DNA from: Antedon mediterranea
Taxonomy: Eukaryota > Animalia > Echinodermata
DNA length: 64,000 nt
Direction: 5' to 3'
Assembly: GCF_964355755.1 (NCBI RefSeq)
Contig: NC_092679.1
Span: 19,947,432 to 20,011,431 of the forward strand
In this document: piece after piece, positions 61,069 to 64,000 of the stretch
Layout: each line of letters opens with the position of its first letter
Position numbering within the stretch: the stretch's first letter is position 1
Translations under genes and position numbers: made by a program
The notes under the pieces: generated by a model
What the model was told of the DNA's origin: nothing
Databases searched by the model: none
Seen by the model: the letters and a program-made list of their open reading frames with translations, nothing else

Positions 61069-64000
61069 TTACTGAAATGTATTTTGTTAAAATATTCTTT
61101 ATTATACAACAACCTCCTTCGGAATAACCCAAGTCAGAGGACTCGGACATCCCTATTATGGGGATGTTGTGTTCCTAAAGTGTCCCTCTAATAATACAAG
61201 AACGAAATTATATTCTCTTGTCTTCATAGGCAGATTGTTGCTAATTACAGCAGTTTGTTGAATATTATTAGACACTTGTAATGTACTGAAGTATCAAATG
61301 TTAAATCCCATCACATGCTAGAATTAAATAATATCATGGAGTAAAGAATATTATTATTCTTTACTCCATGATAATATCTGCATCTTATATAATGATAATC
61401 AATGTGACACGTTAAAGGTAGATTGTTTTAAAGAACTAGACTTAAGCATGCATAGAGGCGAGTTTGTGGGCGAGTTAAGCTGATTCAAATCATATAGTTA
61501 TTAAAGCCTTAGTGGTTGTGTGATCATTTTAACTCTCTTTACCTCTCTGTTTTTACCTCCGATATAACTCCAATATGTTTCAGAATGTGACAAGTTATAG
61601 TACTACCAACCAGATTAGAAAGGGTTTTTTCGGATGTGGTAACTGGACAGTGGTGTAACGTATTCTTTGCATCTGAACGCAGAACAAGCTACAGTAAATC
61701 ACAAGATAGACTGTTTTTAACTCTAATAGTAGAGAGAAAAAAGCAAATCCTATAATAATATAATGTGGAGCAACATTTGACATTGAAAGACTTAAGTTAA
61801 GCCCTTGTGTTAATCCTAATTAGACAACTCTTACCAAGGTCCCATTAATTCAGTTTGTTTACATATTATTACTGGTAAACTTGGCATATGGTGGTAATGA
61901 TTACAATAATATTAGATAGATGCAAAATCAAGATGGAAAACTAATAACAATAACAGTATATATTGATGCTCTTAAAGTTTGAAAGAACAGGTGTTGGGAT
62001 TTCGTCCAAAGCTTTGGAAAATTGGGCAGATTCTAGGAAGTCATAAAATACACCGGATTAAGATTAAATCAATTTTATAAGCTTTAATAGTACAGTTGGG
62101 CCTGGAAATTGAACTTCTTGATTCAGGGTTACCCAAGTGTTCCTTCTTGTGATACCACTCCTTTCAAAAAGAACTTTTAATATGTCGTTATTATTATGAT
62201 GGTGAATATATTATGATGTTGTTGATAATAATGGAGAAGATAGTGATGTAGCGCAATGATGATAAGTAAATTTTGATTTGCGACGACCAAACTATGTCAT
62301 GTTAATACATTGCGTCGTCCATGCAAAGACATTGGGACGTGTGTCCTAGATCCCCGCTCTCCCCACCTTGACACAGGTTTGATGGTTTCTAGATCCAGAC
62401 GACGACCGACAACACATCGATTGACCTGGCATAGGTTGGTCATTTGTCGTCGCAGAACGAAAGCTCCCTAATAAGAGGTGATGATAATGTAAATAATTAA
62501 GTTTTTCCTATTTTTATAAGTTGTACAAGACTGCTTCTCCTTCTGAAGGTTTTATGAAATAAATACATTTTCAGTACTAACTGTATGTCATATTATATGA
62601 TATTGAGTATGATAAAGGTGACAATGATGATGACAAAGGCATAGCTAACAAGAAACTAGCCGACTTAATGGCAACAACAATGATCAGAAGGAGCACAACA
62701 GCAATGATAAGTATAATAATGAAGAAATTCAAAACCACAAGTTATGTTAATTAAAATAACTTGTCCTCGAGGAGAAACGAAACCATGCAATCATCTGCAA
62801 CGTCATGTGACTTGATCAAAACATCTTCAACATTATATCATATTAAATCATTGTTCTTGGCAGTAACCAATCAAATCCAGCTAAAGTAAGTTAATGAACT
62901 TTTAATTACACCTCAAGGAACGAAGAACACAGAAGTTGGCTCAGACTGCACAACTTGAGTGTGATGTAAAGAACAGGTAGATGAAATTGTGCATGGAAAA
63001 CGGCACTTTAGGGAAATCTGACGACTTAAAGCTGCAGTTTTAGAAAGAAATACATCTCCTGTGTAGTATGTACTGTAGAATACCAATTAAGGGGACATTT
63101 TTTAGGACCTAACAAAGTTTCTCCTAAATAGGAATGTCTCTTGAATAGGGGTTAGATGTGGTGTTAAAAGACATATTGCTCCTTGTTTGTTAAATGGGAA
63201 GTGTCTCTTTAATGGTGTCCCCTGATTAGGGTTGTATCAAAGGAGGGGTTTTATTATGCTTGATAGTATTTCTCTGATAGTTAGATACTGCGAATAAGAT
63301 CAGCTTGATTGCAATGATCCAAACCTATGCTTGACTTTTGTCGACCCAACATCCAGGACCACGCTTCTGACCTCCCAACATCCAGGGCCATCCTGACCTC
63401 CCAACATCCTGGGCCATGCATAACCTCACCCGGTTGTTTTCAAAAACTTCTGTACAAAAAACTCTTTCCAAACCACTCCTGATAACAAATGGGAACCAGA
63501 ATAAAGCTTGGCCTACACTATAAAACTAGTTTGACAAAAAAAGTGTGATGTGCCTAAATATGGTAGTGATATGCCCAAATATGATAGTGATATGATTTCA
63601 TCATGTCCATATATGGGCACATCACATTTTGTTGTCACATAACTTTAATAGTGTAGACAGAGCTTTAGCCAAATGTTAATTTTTAAAATTATTGATTCAA
63701 ATACACAAGAGATATCATGTTCAGAATAATATTCAAGTCTTGTATTTTGTTCAATACATTTATTGATATCCATTAGAAATTTAATGACAGTATGTTTAGT
63801 TAGTTTGTGCAATACATTTTATGCTATTATATCCAGTATAATCTTACAAAGAAATCTGATTATAATTCTGGTCAGATAGTTTTCAATTAGCGCTCATATT
63901 TTCGAAGAATTACATCTTTTAATAGAAATCGTTCATTAGCGCTGTTGAAGGAGAAATTAAATAAAAGCCTCAAGTAACCGTTTTCCTTGAGTTTAGTTTT

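Overview
AT-rich, intron-containing animal genomic DNA. Gene and repeat content suggest a marine invertebrate, possibly an echinoderm (inference only). Five spliced genes were reconstructed by hand: a head-to-head pair of cornichon paralogs (CNIH1-like on minus, CNIH4-like on plus, start codons about 190 bp apart), MTA1/2/3-like (minus), INTS7 (minus) and a RhoU/RhoV-like GTPase (plus). About 14 kb with no recognisable gene follows. Two U12-type introns are visible (CNIH4 intron 1 and one INTS7 intron). Introns and intergenic DNA are dense with mobile elements: about 18 copies of one PIF/Harbinger-type MITE, two further Harbinger-type families, Helentron-type elements, Tc1/mariner-type MITEs, tRNA-derived SINEs, and Penelope-like element (PLE) remnants with minimal hammerhead ribozymes. 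The most notable items are the cornichon pair with a U12 versus U2 intron at the same position; a (TA)n-embedded composite of a tRNA-like unit and a ribozyme-bearing PLE tail in the last MTA intron, with an inverted partner 12 kb away; and a tandem B-box array inside a U12 intron. Coordinates were counted by eye and may be off by a few bases.
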